Positions 11,075 through 24,971 of a DNA stretch of 64,000 bases are shown here, piece after piece. The notes under the pieces are model-generated. The model ran no database searches, was not told where the DNA came from, and saw only the letters and a program-made list of their open reading frames with translations. How positions within the stretch are numbered: position 1 is the stretch's first letter; every line of letters starts with the position of its first letter. This DNA comes from Blepharisma stoltei ATCC 30299 (taxonomy: Eukaryota; Protista; Ciliophora): assembly GCA_965603825.1 (NCBI GenBank), contig CBFDEM010000039.1:496001-560000 (forward strand), in the 5' to 3' direction. A program made the position numbers and the translations under genes.

Positions 11075-14000
11075 TTATTTCAATTTTTTATGCATTTTTA
11101 GCAATTTTCCTTCAAATTCTCTTTTTATTTTATTTTTTTCTAAATAAATAGGACAATCCAACGAAATACATTCAATATCTCTGACACATCCAGTACAAGC
11201 TCTACATATATCATCGAGATTTTTCAATTTTTTTTCCTCTTGTTTAAGCACAATCTGTATCCCTAAATTCAATTTTTGTGTATCATTCCCACACGACTCA
11301 CAAAAATCAGTTTGCGAGATACATTTACAAATAATGCAATGTGCAGGCTGGTAATACCTATCTAATCTTGCTGACCCAGATTTTGCCAATGGCTTATTGT
11401 TTAATAGTTGTGTATTTCCTCTCCTTTTAGGGTATTTTTGGTACCATGCAAATACATCAATTCCAGCTGTTTCAAGCAGTCTGTTTAGAATTGTATTAAG
11501 ATTTCTTTCAATATAATAAGAACTATTCAGCTGATAGTCAGGGTTAGCTAAAAAATCCTCAGGGCTAACAACCTGGTCTGATAAATTATCCCCTGGTTTT
11601 CCTGAAATAACGACGTAGCCTATTCTTTCGCCTCATAGAGGTTTGGCCATTCTATCTTGGTCTTCTTTTCGTTTTGATATAATATAAGCTGGAGGAGGGT
11701 TTTTATAGGCATCTAGAGATACTTTTTCATGAAAAATAAAATCAATTATTCTGGCTTTTCCTGTCAAAATTTGATTCCATTCGTTACATAAAAAATCATA
11801 AAGCTGAGACACGTCTTTTGAAAAAAGGACTGTTAAAGCCTTTTGTAATATAGTGGCTGATAATGGACAATTATCTCTTCTGACAGTTTCTATACCTTTA
11901 GCTTCAAACACAGGCACTGAGTCTGGTTTTTCATATTTTCAGCCTGTATAATGCTTTTTTGCTAGTGTTATCATAGGACAATAAACTTTTTCTAACAAGA
12001 TTTCTACAGGCTTAGGATTTGACTGATTAATTGCATTGGCAATTTCTTTTCCTACCTGAAAAGCTTGCTCTACCGTTCTTCCTCCTAGCTTTATCATCAT
12101 AGAATCAGTATCCCCATATATAACTTTAGCATCTCATTTAGGATTATTTTCAACCAAATATATTGCAGCTTCTAATGTTTTTCTTCCTAGCGCCACAATT
12201 GTGTCAGCAATATCATTGCATGGCATCCTCCCTGACTGCCCAGCCCCTGTATATCCATATGTGGTATTACAAAGAAGTTTTATTCCTAGCTGTTGGGAAA
12301 ATAATTGGACATATTCAATAGATTTTTTATCGACTTTTTTCATTGCATTTTTGATCATAATTCTGGTCTGTAATAGCTCATACATCATTCTAGGCAAAAT
12401 TCCTCGCCTTCTGGTCCAATTTATGTACCCTACATTGTTTGGAGCTATTAATATATCGTTTTCACCACTATAAATGCTGCCTTTCATGGTTGTTACACCG
12501 AATTTTTTGTAGGGCTGAGCATTGAGCTTTCCAAGGCAAGTGCAATAGCAGAGATTATAAGCAATCATAAGGGAGGGGTAAAGAGACTGAAAATCCAGGA
12601 CAATAACTGGGTCAACTCAAAACTTTTTTTCAGGCTCAACAACTAATGGAATAATTTCCAGCTCTTTTTGTGATTGAATTTGGGATTTCATAGCAGAAAG
12701 TAGCAAATAATCAGAAGATTTAATAATTTTTTTCATTAAAGCTTCAACTCGGTACTGGGAACCTCTGGTAAATACACTAGGAAGGTCCATACAGTATACT
12801 TGGGCTAACAGCACATTTCTCTCTATAATTGTGTAATGGTCTATTAACTTTTCTGTATGAACTAAAATGTCTCAAATATAATCATAAACAAGATACCTAT
12901 TTTCAGCAAAAAACCTTGTTAAAGTTTCTGATGAATAATAAGGCAGCCTCACATTTAATACCAGATACACCAAATTATGAAAATTATAAGAATAATAATT
13001 CTCCTCAGCCTTCACAATTCTTCATGCAGTCAATATCATCCTCCCAGGTATTTTCTGTCCACCTATTTTGCCAGGATTAAATGCAGAAAACTTAAAAAGT
13101 CTGCTTATTTGTGAAGGCATGTCATATTTTATAGCTTTTGCCCTTTTCATTAAATATCCAATACTAGCTCTCTCAGTCTCAAAACCTATAATAAAATCGG
13201 GATCAGATTTTTGGATTTTTAATGTTATTCATTCTATAAGCAATTTTTCTGTATTTACATAAGTCACATTAAAGGAGTATTTGCTTCTTATATAGCATGA
13301 GGATTTGTGACCAAACTGGATAAGCCCTTCTTCAGCTCGATTTAAGTCGTCATGGACTTTGTAGACTATAAATCTTATAGGGTCAATTTTTGGGTCAGGA
13401 AGAAGAGAACCTCGAGTTTCACAAAAAATTTCTAAAAAAAAGGTAGTCACATAGGAATTGTGGGATTTTTGAGGAGGGGTGGGGACATAAGCTTTTACAG
13501 GCTGAAGGTTAATAGCTTGTGAATTAGTTAATGAGCTTTCGCTCTGCGAAAGCTGAAAAATATCATTATATTTCGGAGGAATAGGCTTATAAAGATAGCT
13601 ATTTTGAAAAGGATCAGCTTTTATTTGATTTTTTGCAAGCTTATGTGCGAAATCGGGGAGATTTTTGTAATTTTCATTTGATAAGATTTCTGGATTTGTG
13701 ATTCCTTGGATTATTATTTTATTTTTTGTGCCTAAAAATAAAGGTTGATTTACTATTCTTACGCTGTACTGAGATGATTCCAAAACATCTTCATATTTTG
13801 GTGGCTGCGGCGAATATTCATAAGCAAAGCCAATTGAAAAATTCAAGTTTTCATTATAATTTTGCGAGAAAAAAAATTTCCTTACCCTTGCACTTGTCAT
13901 TCTTTCAGTAAAATCTTTTAGTCTTTTTTCATGGTACGTTTGTGCTGGAGAAATATAATCCAGCTTCATCATTTCAGCATTTATTTTATTTTCTATTAAA

Positions 14001-14974
14001 TTAGGCTTTGATGTATCAATAATATCATCTAATAGTTTATAATCGTCTTCATCTACCATATTCACTGTTGCGTAATTTGTAGGAGGATTAGCACTTAAAA
14101 TATCTAAATTATCCTTTGGCAATGATTTTAAATATAGCAGCTGATGTTTATGCTCAGGAGATTGGATAAAATCATATGTAAAATTGTAATTTTCAGGGAG
14201 TTTTGATATACGTTCATGCATACTTTCGTTACTTTTCATTCTTCTTTCGAACTCTTTCTATATATTTTTTACAAATCAGATACCTAATATAGAAGGCATA
14301 GAAATTTGTCCAAAATTATGAGGAGGGGCGACTTCAGACCTTTCTAAGTCATAATGCATGCAGTCGGCCTCAATTTCACAATAGGTGGATTTATTGATGT
14401 TGTGAGTAGGAGCTGAGGGAAGAATGCAAGGCTGCCTAAAAAAGGCTTTTTTGGATTTAATTCATTCCATTCCTGCAAAATTGTAATCAGTGTAGAGCTG
14501 CTGAAAAACGTCAATATGAGCTTCATAAGGCTGAAGCCTAATGCCACAGATTCCATCACAGCAGATTTCAGCCACTTTTTTTACGTTTTCAGTTGAGTAA
14601 ACTGAAATTTTGATAAATCTGACCTTTTCTGTATGAAATCCGTAAAATGGAATTTTCTCAACGATCTGCATATCGTGGATAATTGGAATACCTTGTTTTT
14701 TACCTGAATTAATTTCTTTTTCTAATATTTCAGTCATTTCTTCAAAATTTGGCTCAAAATCTTTAGGTAATTGCACATAGAAAAAAGGATAATACTAAAT
14801 ATTTTTTACCCCATGGATATGCAATGCCGCCCTCGTCCCATCTCTCATCCTTCCATAAAGTGTAATAATAGGTGCCTGCACCGCTTTTCTATTTATATAT
14901 CTGCATCTATCTTCATCATAATTCTCTATCGGATTGCTCGTATAGAAATGCTGAGCTATTAAAATTAGTTCCAT
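11075..14974 (-). CDS. REV3: DNA polymerase zeta catalytic subunit
   Basis: HIHG-YYPFFY N-terminus, LDFQSLYPS, KLLCNTTYGY, YGDTDS, KGIETVRRD and C-terminal Cys clusters. 15-nt introns at 14795-14809 and 14258-14272; several in-frame TGA=W. Confidence 0.93.
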
Positions 14975-14978
14975 TTTA

Positions 14979-17267
14979 TTATTGAATTTTATCAATATTT
15001 TCTTCCAAAAATATCAAAGTTTCTACCAATTTATAGCCTATGTCATGGGATTTTCCTCTTTGTAATGCAGCAGCTTCAAATGGGTCTTCATCGCTCCATA
15101 GGTTTTCTTGGGCTCTTTTTTCTATTGTTTTTTGTGTTTGGTATGTTTTCATTAAAGATTCCATGCCAAGCTCTTCCTCTAAATACCCTCTTAAGAGCTC
15201 CAAAGTTTCAGCAGGTGTCAGCTTATTATCATAAAATTTTGGAAAACTTTCTATAGTAATCGAAACTACATTATTTTCAACAGGAATTTCTATTTTTTCT
15301 ATAGGTGGGACAGCTTGGTTTTCAAGATCGTCTATTCTGTCTACCACGTCTTCGTCTTTTTCTTCTTCGATTTCTTCAATTGAAGGCATTATTTCATCTT
15401 CTATATCATCAGGGATATTTCCATCAGCTATATCTTGCAGCTCATGGAGCATTCTGTCTTGGTCTTGTTCTTCTGTATACAACTGTCGTGAGCTGCCATT
15501 TCCTAGTCATTCTACAACTACATCCTCTTTTTTCTTTTTTTTCTTTTTCATTTCTTTTTTCCGTCTCTCCATATCTTTTCTCATTTCATTTCTTTCTTCT
15601 GAATGCTTTTTGTGTTTTTCTTCTTTTGCTTTTAATGCAGCCTGCTTTTTAGCTTCTTCTTCGTCTCTTTTGTCTTGTTCTTCTTTCATTTTAATTTTCA
15701 TATCATCGATTTTCTTTTTTAAATTATTTTGCTTTTTGTCTTCTGGTTTGTCCCATTGAATTAGTCCAAGCCCTGCTGGGTCATTTCTTTGTTTTTGGAC
15801 TGGCTTAAACTCGTCTTCTAGATGCTTGTTAAGAGGAGATTGAGCTTTGGGGACTGGAGGCTTGTAAGGGGGGATTTCAGCAAGAGCTTGGGGTTTTCAA
15901 GGAGGGATATCAGGGAGAGCATTTTTTTTGTTTTCTGGAGGTTTATCTTTAGGTTTTCATGCAGGGATTTCAGGGATTTTTGCTTCAGGCTTTTTTTCAT
16001 TCCTAGCAGGGATTTCGAATGGTTTCGGCTGAATGTCAAGATTTCGCTGGGGTATTTCAAAAAGTTTTGGATCTGGGTTTCTTACAGGAATTTCATAAGG
16101 TTTTGGATCAGGATTTCTTTTAGGAACCTCATAGGCTTTAGGCTCATAGCCTTTAGGATCAGGATTTCTTTGTGGGATTTCATAGAGTTTTGGCTTTTCT
16201 TCTTGCAGTTTTTGAGGAATCTCATAGTTTTTTTGCCTTTCTTCTTGAATTTTTTGCGGAATCTCATATTTATAGTCATTTTTCGGAATTTCTCTCGCAT
16301 ATGGTAAATCTCTGTTCCTTTCCAAAATTTCCTTTTTTATTTCTTTTGGCTTTTCCTTTGGAATTTCCCTTGCTTTTTTTAATGCTTCTTCATTTTTCTG
16401 CACAAAAACATTTTGATTATGCAAAATTGTATGAGAAAACTCCTTTTTCCTTATAGTCTCACTCAAAAAATTCTGCACTCTATTCCTCACAAACGGCATT
16501 TTCAAAATCTGCGCTATATTTGGCCTTTTATTCGGATCTAAAGACAGCATTTGTCCAATTAAATTCTTCAAATCTTTCGAAAAGTTATTAGAAAGCGGGG
16601 TATAAATTCCTCTAACAATATTGCACGACAACTGATGTATCGAATTTCCATCAAATGGCGGCCTAAGTGCGCACAATTCATACAATAAAACTCCAATAGA
16701 CCATACATCACTTTTAAAGCTATATGGCCTATTTTCTATAATTTCAGGTGACAAATAATAAGGAGTCCCTACTTGTGTCCTGGCTTTATCAATGGTATGA
16801 TTCAAAACTTTTGCGATCCCAAAATCGCCAAGTTTGATCATATTTCTTTCTTTCATCAAAAAAATGTTCTGTCCTTTGATATCTCTATGCAAAATTTTTC
16901 TATCGTGGACGTGCTTCATTGCAAGGCAAATTTGTACAAATCAATCTAAAATTTGATTTTCATTAAATGGTCTGCCCCGCTGTTCTTTTATTTTTGTAGC
17001 CAAATCGCCTCCATCTGCATGGTCCATGACGATGTTTAATTTTCCGTTTGTTGTGGTGTAGACGTCCCTGAACCTAATGATATTGGGATGGTCAAAAGCT
17101 GACATTACTTTGGCTTCATGATAGGCTTCTTTTTTTTCTTGGCTTGACATGCGAGAAATGTCGATTTGTTTGATTACACATGTGGATTTGTCTGAGTTAT
17201 TTTCGCAGAGATAGCACTTCCCAAAGGCTCCTTCTCCTAGAAGTTTAATAATTTTGAATCCTTCCAT
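14979..17267 (-). CDS. NIMA-related kinase (NEK1-like)
   Basis: GEGAFG, HRDIKGQNIFL, DFG, GTPYYLSPE. ILD-TGA-FVQI corresponds to the conserved ILDWFVQI. C-terminal ELLRGYLEEELG motif. Confidence 0.9.
15957..16350 (-). repeat. Coding tandem repeat of about 12 aa, (Y/F)EIP(Q/K)RNxDPKP, in the NEK tail
   Basis: About ten EIP/EVP units in the translated ORF 15957..16919. Confidence 0.8.
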
Positions 17268-17292
17268 CTTAAGATTATGAAACAGATTATTA

Positions 17293-18951
17293 TTAAATTT
17301 CGACAGTGATGTCTTCTAATGATATACAGCTTTCTTCAATTTTGTAAGGGAGGCCTATTGCGTCATTGTCATTTTCAATTTCAGGCTGACTGGGAATAAT
17401 ATAGACGGGGATTCCTAAGGTCAAGCTGGAGATTTCGCCGGGCTGTTCTATTATGGCTACGTCAGATACTATTGATAAAAATCGCTCTTTTTCGTAAGGC
17501 TACATAATAATTACCAGCATCATACCTTCTGAGTAGGCTAGAAGTGCATTTCTATCGAACATTCCTTGCAAAATATCATCAAGATTTACCAAAGGACCAT
17601 TTTCGCCTAAACTTAAAGTCTCAATTTCATCAAAAAACGGGTCAATTTTTCTGAATCTAAAATAAAGCAGCAGAACTAAATAGCATTGATAAATTATGCT
17701 GAGATGTGTGCTTACTGCAATCCAAGGTAAATATTCAAGATAAAATACCGTAATGACTCCACATGTGCTTAAGGCAAGTAGAAAAATTACTAGAGTGATT
17801 CGTAAAAAACGAAACATTCGAAGCTGAGACCAAAACGGGGTGTTTATTGGATCAAATCCCGCCTCTGAAATTAACCGAATTTGCTTTGATAATTTTTGGG
17901 TATTTTTTGTGATATCTCATATACAGATAAATAAAATTAATACATAGCTTCCAGCAAGTGAAAACAACCCATCATCTCCAAGCTTAATGTAAAGCCACAT
18001 ACAGCAGTGTAAAGATCCTACCGCAAATAAAGCTTTTAGTAGTGTCCAGATTTGGAAAGACGGTTTTGTAATTCCTGAGCCTGCACATATCATAATTACA
18101 ATCAAAAAAAACATGCATTCAGCTGTCGCAAAAAGAATTAGGCTCCATTCTTTCATTTGCTCATCAGATTTTCCTGATTCTGAATAGTCTTCCCAATATG
18201 TCTTAAATAGTCATGAAAATCCTGCTCATACCATAGAGTTTAAAATTAAGCCAATTTGTATAAATGATGATTTTAGCTTTCTCACTAAAACTCATGATAA
18301 TATTCATAGCCCAATTAAGGCCAATCAGCCAATTGAAGCTCCATTCATTACATATTTCATTTCTAAAAGTCCGACACCAAGATTTTCGCCTCCAGGGTTC
18401 ATAAATATGTAATCAATTCCTAGCTCAACGTTATCTTCTACACAGCTAGCAGCCACAAAGTAGTAGAGCTGCGAGCTTGTGATTTTAGCTGTTATATCTG
18501 TATGCTTCTTAATTTTTATATCTCTATCACTCATGCTATTTCTTCGTGAAAATTCTTTTAGGTAATATTCTCACTGCTCTTCTGTTAGATCCCATCAATG
18601 GACTCTTAAACCGTCCAAAAAAGCGATAAAATCAGGATTTGTTTTATAGTCAGACCCATAAAAGGGATAGGTGAAATTATACTCACATTTCGTAAAATTC
18701 CCTGCATTTGTGTTATTTATACAAAAATCATTTTTAAAAGCGTGAGCAATGGTGTTTACTTCTCCTGGCTCACATAAATAAATTCCTATTGATCCACTGC
18801 TGTTTGATGTTATTGTAAGATTCAATGCAATTCAGCCTCCTTCTTCAAATACAAATCATGCTCATGATTTTGCTGCAGGCTTGCTAAAGCTTAGGTCTGT
18901 ATCACTAATAATTCCATAAGAGAAGGGTAATAAAATAAGAAGTATAATCAT
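17293..18951 (-). CDS. GPR107/TMEM87-like (GOST) seven-TM protein
   Basis: Signal peptide, lumenal domain, FMNPGGENL motif, multiple TM helices. About ten TGA=W codons; 15-nt intron at 17500-17514. Confidence 0.7.
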
Positions 18952-19406
18952 ATTTATAATTAAAAGGATTTTGATAATTTCATTATATACAGTTTTGATT
19001 TTAATACCAAAGGAATATGCCAGATGTGCACTCAATGATGAAGGCGAAAAATTAAAATAGAATTTTTCAACTATAGCAAAAATGCGAAAAAAATTATTGG
19101 AAAATAAATGAAAATGACTATGTCAATAGTTATCAGAAAATTTAAATATTAATTATTTCTCATTCCTCATAGTTTTTTATGCTGCAACCAAAGATTAAAT
19201 TTTTACATGAAACGTTTGTTAAAACTGAAGGCTAATTTCTTGCTATATTTCTTGAAAAAACGAAGCTTTGTATTTCTCTTCTACTTAAGAATCCTCAATA
19301 ACCCCCAAAATTTCCCAAATTAATATCTTTCGAAAATTGTCTTTAATTATGGCACACATTGTGACTTTTATTAAAAGTTGAATTATTCTGATAATCATAA
19401 ATTAAA

Positions 19407-20096
19407 ATGTCCAGAGAAGAGCTCATCTACAATGCTAAACTGGCTGAGCACGCTGAGCGATACTCAGATATGGTCAGCTACGTCCGACAACTAATTGACG
19501 AAGCTGCAGGCGATCTAAACAGCGAAGAAAGAACCCTACTAAGCGTAGCCTACAAGCAAGCTGTTGCTGAACGCAGAAACGCCTCAAGAATCCTCAGTTC
19601 TTACCAAGAAAAGCAACGCGCAAGAGGCTCTGACCATCTGGACATCATTTCTGAGTACTTGCAAAGGGTCAATAAAGAGCTTCATGATCTCTGCCTTGAA
19701 GTTGTACGCCTCGTGGACGAAAAGCTGCTGAAAAAAGGCGAACCAGATGAGATTGAAGTATTTTACTTAAAAATGAAAGGCGATTATTATAGGTATTTGG
19801 CGGAGTCTGGGGATAATGAGGTTATTCAGCCTAGTCTTGATGCCTATTTGCGTGCATCAGAAGCAGCTGCTCATTTGCCTGCTAATAACCCAGTTAGATT
19901 GGGGCTTGCTCTTAATTTTTCTGTGTTTTATTATGAAGGGATGAAAGAGCAAGAAAAAGCATGTGAATTGGCCAGGAAAACTTTTGATGAAGCTTTGCCG
20001 ACATTGGAAGAGCTGGATGAGAGAGCTTATAAAGAAGCTACTTCAATTCTGGGGCTAATCAAGGATAATCTCACAATTTGGACCAGTGAGGATTAA
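19407..20096 (+). CDS. 14-3-3 protein
   Basis: AKLAEHAERY, LLSVAYK, KMKGDYYRYLAE, PVRLGLALNFSVFYYE, LIKDNLTIW. Confidence 0.97.
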   Translation: MSREELIYNAKLAEHAERYSDMVSYVRQLIDEAAGDLNSEERTLLSVAYKQAVAERRNASRILSSYQEKQRARGSDHLDIISEYLQRVNKELHDLCLEVVRLVDEKLLKKGEPDEIEVFYLKMKGDYYRYLAESGDNEVIQPSLDAYLRASEAAAHLPANNPVRLGLALNFSVFYYEGMKEQEKACELARKTFDEALPTLEELDERAYKEATSILGLIKDNLTIWTSED

Positions 20097-20174
20097 TAAG
20101 TTATTAAGTTCTTAGAAATTAATTTTGAATTTTTGGCTTAAAATATGCTTTGGGAATGCATTTGAATTTAATAA

Positions 20175-22031
20175 ATGTCTGGCTTAACCCGAACAGCGAA
20201 AAAACAGTATGAAAGCACAGTTACAGCTAGCATAGAGCGGTTGGATCAATACATAGAAGATCTGTACTCAGACAACCCAGACGATAAAATCCAAGCTTCT
20301 CGTCAGTTGCTATATCTTTTCAATGAAGCGGAAAATATTGAAATTATTGTTTCTCATGAGTCATTACCTGGGATTTTAGGCCGTACACTTAGAGATGAGT
20401 ATAAAACAAGCATGGAACTAAGTCTCTACCTTGCTGGAGTTTTCTATATAATTTCAAACTATTCACAACTCCACCAAATAGTGTTACAAGTAATTTTCAA
20501 TTAGAACCAAATTGGAGATACATGCATGAAAATCATTGAATATCATATACAAAGGCACGAATTGAGGAGAAGCGAAATACAAAACCTTAAACAAGATGCA
20601 GAGTACGAAAAAAAGCTGAAAAACATGGAAATTCTAGAAAAGAAACAAAATAAATTGTTATGGCGTAATTTTTAAGCAGTTTGTTTTAGCATTCTGTTGA
20701 ACTTGTCAGAAGATATTCAGATTGAGAGAAAAATGAAGAAGAGGAAAATCGTAGGGCTGCTTGTGAAAATGCTAGAAAGGGATAATTTGACACTTCTTGA
20801 AGTAGTTTTCACATTCCTTAAAAAGCTAAGTGTTTTTGCTGAAAATAAAAATGAGATGTATCAGGACGAAAATATTGTGCAAAAGCTCCAAAAGTTTGTC
20901 CCAGCCCCTCACCATCAAGAAATTTGTTCATTAGTCCTCAGGCTAATCCACAACCTTTCTTTTGACAAGTCAATCAGAGAACAATTCGACTCTCTAGGTT
21001 TTATCCCCCGAATTGTAACCTTATTAAAATACGCTCCTTTTCGAGGCATCACTTTAAGAATTCTCTACCAGCTTTCCCTAGACGAAAAGTCCAAATCAAC
21101 ATTTACATATACCGAGTGTATCCCCATTGTATTTATGTTGATGATCCAATTCCCAGAAGCCAAAGTAGGCCGAGAGCTTATGGGCCTCGCCATAAACTTA
21201 TGTAGCAACCCACGTAACGCTGAAGTTTTTGCTGACGGAAACCAGCTAGAAGCTCTAGTAAAGCGAGCTTTAGAGTACCATGACGACCTTATCATGAAAA
21301 TGATTCGTAACATCGCAAGAGCCGCCAAAACTCAGCATGTCCAAGAAACATTAGAAAAATACGCCAAAAAATTCATCAGTATTATATGTGGCAACGAAGA
21401 TATGGATTTTGTAGTAGAAGTCTTAGGAACTATGGTCAATATGGATTTAGAAGAAGAATGGGCTAAATATTTAAGCTCGCCACAGCTGCTAGATTTTCTG
21501 CAAAAACACCTTGTGGTGGGATATGCAGAAGATGATGTAGTATTAGAGTCAATTATGCTGGTTGGGACTATTACTTCTTGTGAGCAAATTGCGAAAATGA
21601 TTGCAAATACTTTAATAATACAGCTTTTACATACACTTTTGTCAGAAAAACAAGAGGATGATGAGATGGTTATGCAGATTATGTATACTTTTTATAGACT
21701 TTTGCTGTTTAAAGCGACGAGGACTATAATTTTAAATAAAACACAAGCAGTTAACTTTTTATTAGAACTTTTGCAGGATAAGAATCCTAGAATCAGAAAA
21801 ATGGCTGACACAGTGCTGAGCTTAGTTCAAGAATACGATGAAGATTGGAGAGAAGAAATCAAGCTTAAAAGATTCCAATTGCATAATCAAGAATGGCTAA
21901 GTCTAATTGAAAACGTAGGAGACAGCGATTATGACGAAGACGAAATCAGTGACGAAGATTCTGACAGAATGCATTGGGCTGATTTATCTGACTTAGACGG
22001 CCATGAGTGGGGAAATATAAGTGAAGATTAA
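20175..22031 (+). CDS. KIFAP3: Kinesin-associated protein 3 (kinesin-II/IFT)
   Basis: ARM repeats, LDQYIEDLY, LLNLSED, FLKKLSVFAENK, EKQEDDEMV, FQLHNQEWL. 15-nt introns at 20490-20504 and 20665-20679. Confidence 0.92.
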
Positions 22032-22069
22032 GTTTAATTACTTGCCCGTTAAATATGAAAAATTTTTAA

Positions 22070-23776
22070 ATGGATTATCAAGATGGGAACTTGACAACTC
22101 TTTTGCTACAAAAGGAAAAAGAGCTGCAAAACTTGTCAAAAATGAGAGTTATGCAGCTTCAAGAGCAGCTGTCAAGCAAAGATCAAACGATCTTTGAATT
22201 GGAGGCACAAATAAGAAGACTTCATGATGATTTTAATTACAACTTGACTTTGATTCAGCAGAGAGACGAAGAAATTGCAGATTTGGAAGAAAAAATTAAT
22301 GATATGTCATTTAGAAACATGGGGAAGAGCCCTATGAACACTTATTGGTCACAAGATGAGCAAGCAAGCTCAGGACGATTAAGAGAAATTTACATTAAAG
22401 ACGAAGAACTGAAAAATGCTAATGATAAAATCCTTTTATTAGAAAACAAGCTAAAAAGCGTCGATGAAATCGAAATCCAGCTACAAAGCGCTAAATCAGA
22501 GATCAGCAGGCTTGTATTTGAAAGAGATTCAGAAAAAGAAAAAAATTCAGAATTAATTGAAAATTTAAATGAACTGAAAATTAGAATAGAAAAAGAAAAA
22601 AATGAGGTTGGCAGGGACTGGTATATGAAAGAAAGATATTATAAAGAAAACGAAGAAAAATTAATGAAAAATAAATTGGATTTAGAAAAAGAAAATTTTG
22701 AATGGAAAAGAAAATTAAATGTCGTTATAACAGAAAGAGACATCGAGTTAGAGCAGATTAGAAATAAGCATGAAATCGATATGGAGCATCTAAATGCGAA
22801 CAAGCAAGCTATTATTGATAACTTAAATAGTGATTATAAAGAGCAGATATCTAAACTTCAGTTTCAAATAAAGCAGCTTTTAGAAGAAAATTCTAAAAAT
22901 AGCCAATATATCGAGCAGACAAATACGCAATTTTTTGATAACGAAAGAAGACTAACTGAAGAAATTTATGAGCTTAGAAATGATATGACATATAAATTAA
23001 ATACAATTGAGCAGCTAAAAAATGCTTTACAAAATAAATCTTCTGAATTAGACAATATTAAGCTCCAGCTAGAACATTGAAAAAATCAAGCAAACTTAAA
23101 ATCTGAAGAATGCTTAAAAATAAAACAAAACCAGATAAAATACCAAAGTAAAGCAGAAGACCTCGAAAAAGAGCTGATAAGCTATAAAGATTTTCATTTA
23201 AAAGAAATAAATAACCTTACAAATGAAATGCAGGCAAGAATTGATGCCCAGCAAAAGCAACATTTTTCTGATGAAAAAATTATTAAAAAATTGGAAAAAG
23301 ATAACAAAATATTATCACAAAGAATAGAAAATATAGAAAAACATAAGCAGCCACACGAATATCAAGAAATTGTATTTGAGCTAGAAAGGGCAAGGGATGA
23401 AATTTTTACAAAAGACCGTGAATTAAATCGGGTAAATAAAGTTTTGGAGTCTATTAGAAAGGACAAGGACAAGATTTTGCAAGAAAATCAGCAGTTTAGA
23501 GACGCAAATGTAAGATTAATTTGCGATAAAAAACCAGCAGATATGTATGATAAGCTGCAAGATATAGAAAACAATATTGGTATGATACATAATGATATCT
23601 CGAATATAAAACAAATTAAAGTTATGCCATTCAACTATCAAAATTCAAGGTCAAAAAGTGTGATAGGGTATAATGACACATTAAGCAGTAATCCTGATAG
23701 AACAGCAAAACCTAGTAAAATTCTTCAAGTTAAGAAAAAACTTGACAGAAAATTTTCAAAATTTGATAACTTTTAG
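22070..23776 (+). CDS. CCDC57-like coiled-coil protein
   Basis: LLLQKEKE...LHDDFNYNLTLIQQRDEE resembles the CCDC57 N-terminus; reads through TGA at 23078-23080. Confidence 0.65.
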
Positions 23777-23863
23777 TATTTTACATTTAAATTTAAAATT
23801 ATTATGTTAGTCAAAGTATTATTTATGTGACAAACCTAATAAATTTACTTAGTAAGAGGAAAC

Positions 23864-24751
23864 CTAAAAGCCAAAGAACAGATCAGGATCAATGTCCTCA
23901 TCGTCAACCTCTTTGAACAAGCAAAGTGGCTCGGCGTTGATTTCCTCAGGCTCGCAGACATCAATGATTTCATCAATACCTTTCTCAACCATCTTGTTTT
24001 GTGGCAGTGAAAAGTTCGACACATCATTGGTGCTTTCTACTGCAAGCCATGGCTCGATGCCAATATTATCAAACATTATTTTTTGGACATAAAATTTCAG
24101 CAATTTCCAGCTATTCATGCATTCTGAAGAATGCTGAGGAGCTCTGCAGCACCTTAACTTGAATTTTTTAGATAAAATATCAGGATCGAATTCGGAAAAT
24201 ACGTAGTCTGTATAATAAAAATAGGACTCTCTTACTTCAATTGGCTCGAAATATTTCCTGCAAAACTTTCCATTAAAGCTCTTTGGAAGACCATCCTCTT
24301 CTGCTTTTCTCTTAGTTTTGCCATCTGTTTTTGGCCCTGCTTCAGTTTTGCTTTCTTGGCTTAATATGTTTTTATATTGGGTAAATGTTTTTGTGAGACG
24401 ATCCCAGAAGCTTTTGGCTTGAGCTGAAAATACATTTAAGGTCCTTTTGGGGATAATTCCTTTTTCTATTTGCCGGTTGACACGCTTATGGCCTCTTATC
24501 ATTTTACATCTAAGGTACTCTTTCTTTGGAGGCTTTGGCTTAGAGAGGCTTTCAAAGCGATTTAAAATTTTTGTGTCAACAATTTGCTTTCTTCCTGTCG
24601 ATTTTTTGGTGGAATAGAGTTCCTCAGTTTCATGCTGGGCTTCTTGAGCGCCAAGTGGCTGAGGCTGTGGGAGATCTAAGAAGTCCCTGAAATCGAAGTC
24701 GTTTAAGTGAAACGACGACGGGCGTGCAAAAGACTGATTGTTACGACTCAT
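23864..24751 (-). CDS. Uncharacterised family protein (KKEYLRCKMIRGHKR...CCxxxxHxxxC), copy 1
   Basis: 295-aa ORF, near-identical to 24972..25859. Confidence 0.85.
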   Translation of the reverse strand: MSRNNQSFARPSSFHLNDFDFRDFLDLPQPQPLGAQEAQHETEELYSTKKSTGRKQIVDTKILNRFESLSKPKPPKKEYLRCKMIRGHKRVNRQIEKGIIPKRTLNVFSAQAKSFWDRLTKTFTQYKNILSQESKTEAGPKTDGKTKRKAEEDGLPKSFNGKFCRKYFEPIEVRESYFYYTDYVFSEFDPDILSKKFKLRCCRAPQHSSECMNSWKLLKFYVQKIMFDNIGIEPWLAVESTNDVSNFSLPQNKMVEKGIDEIIDVCEPEEINAEPLCLFKEVDDEDIDPDLFFGF

Positions 24752-24971
24752 TGTACTTGTAAATATGAAATTATTAAGTAAGTGATGTATTAAGGAGAAT
24801 ATATAATGTAGCCAATAACATATACAAAATATTTAAATGTTTTTGATAACTTTCAAATTTTTTTCGCTTGCTTAGCTAATAAAATAGCATTAAATTATAG
24901 AAAATTATTTATTATTTAATATTAAGGATTATAAATTATAGATAGTAAGAATTAACTCAGTAAGAGGAAAT

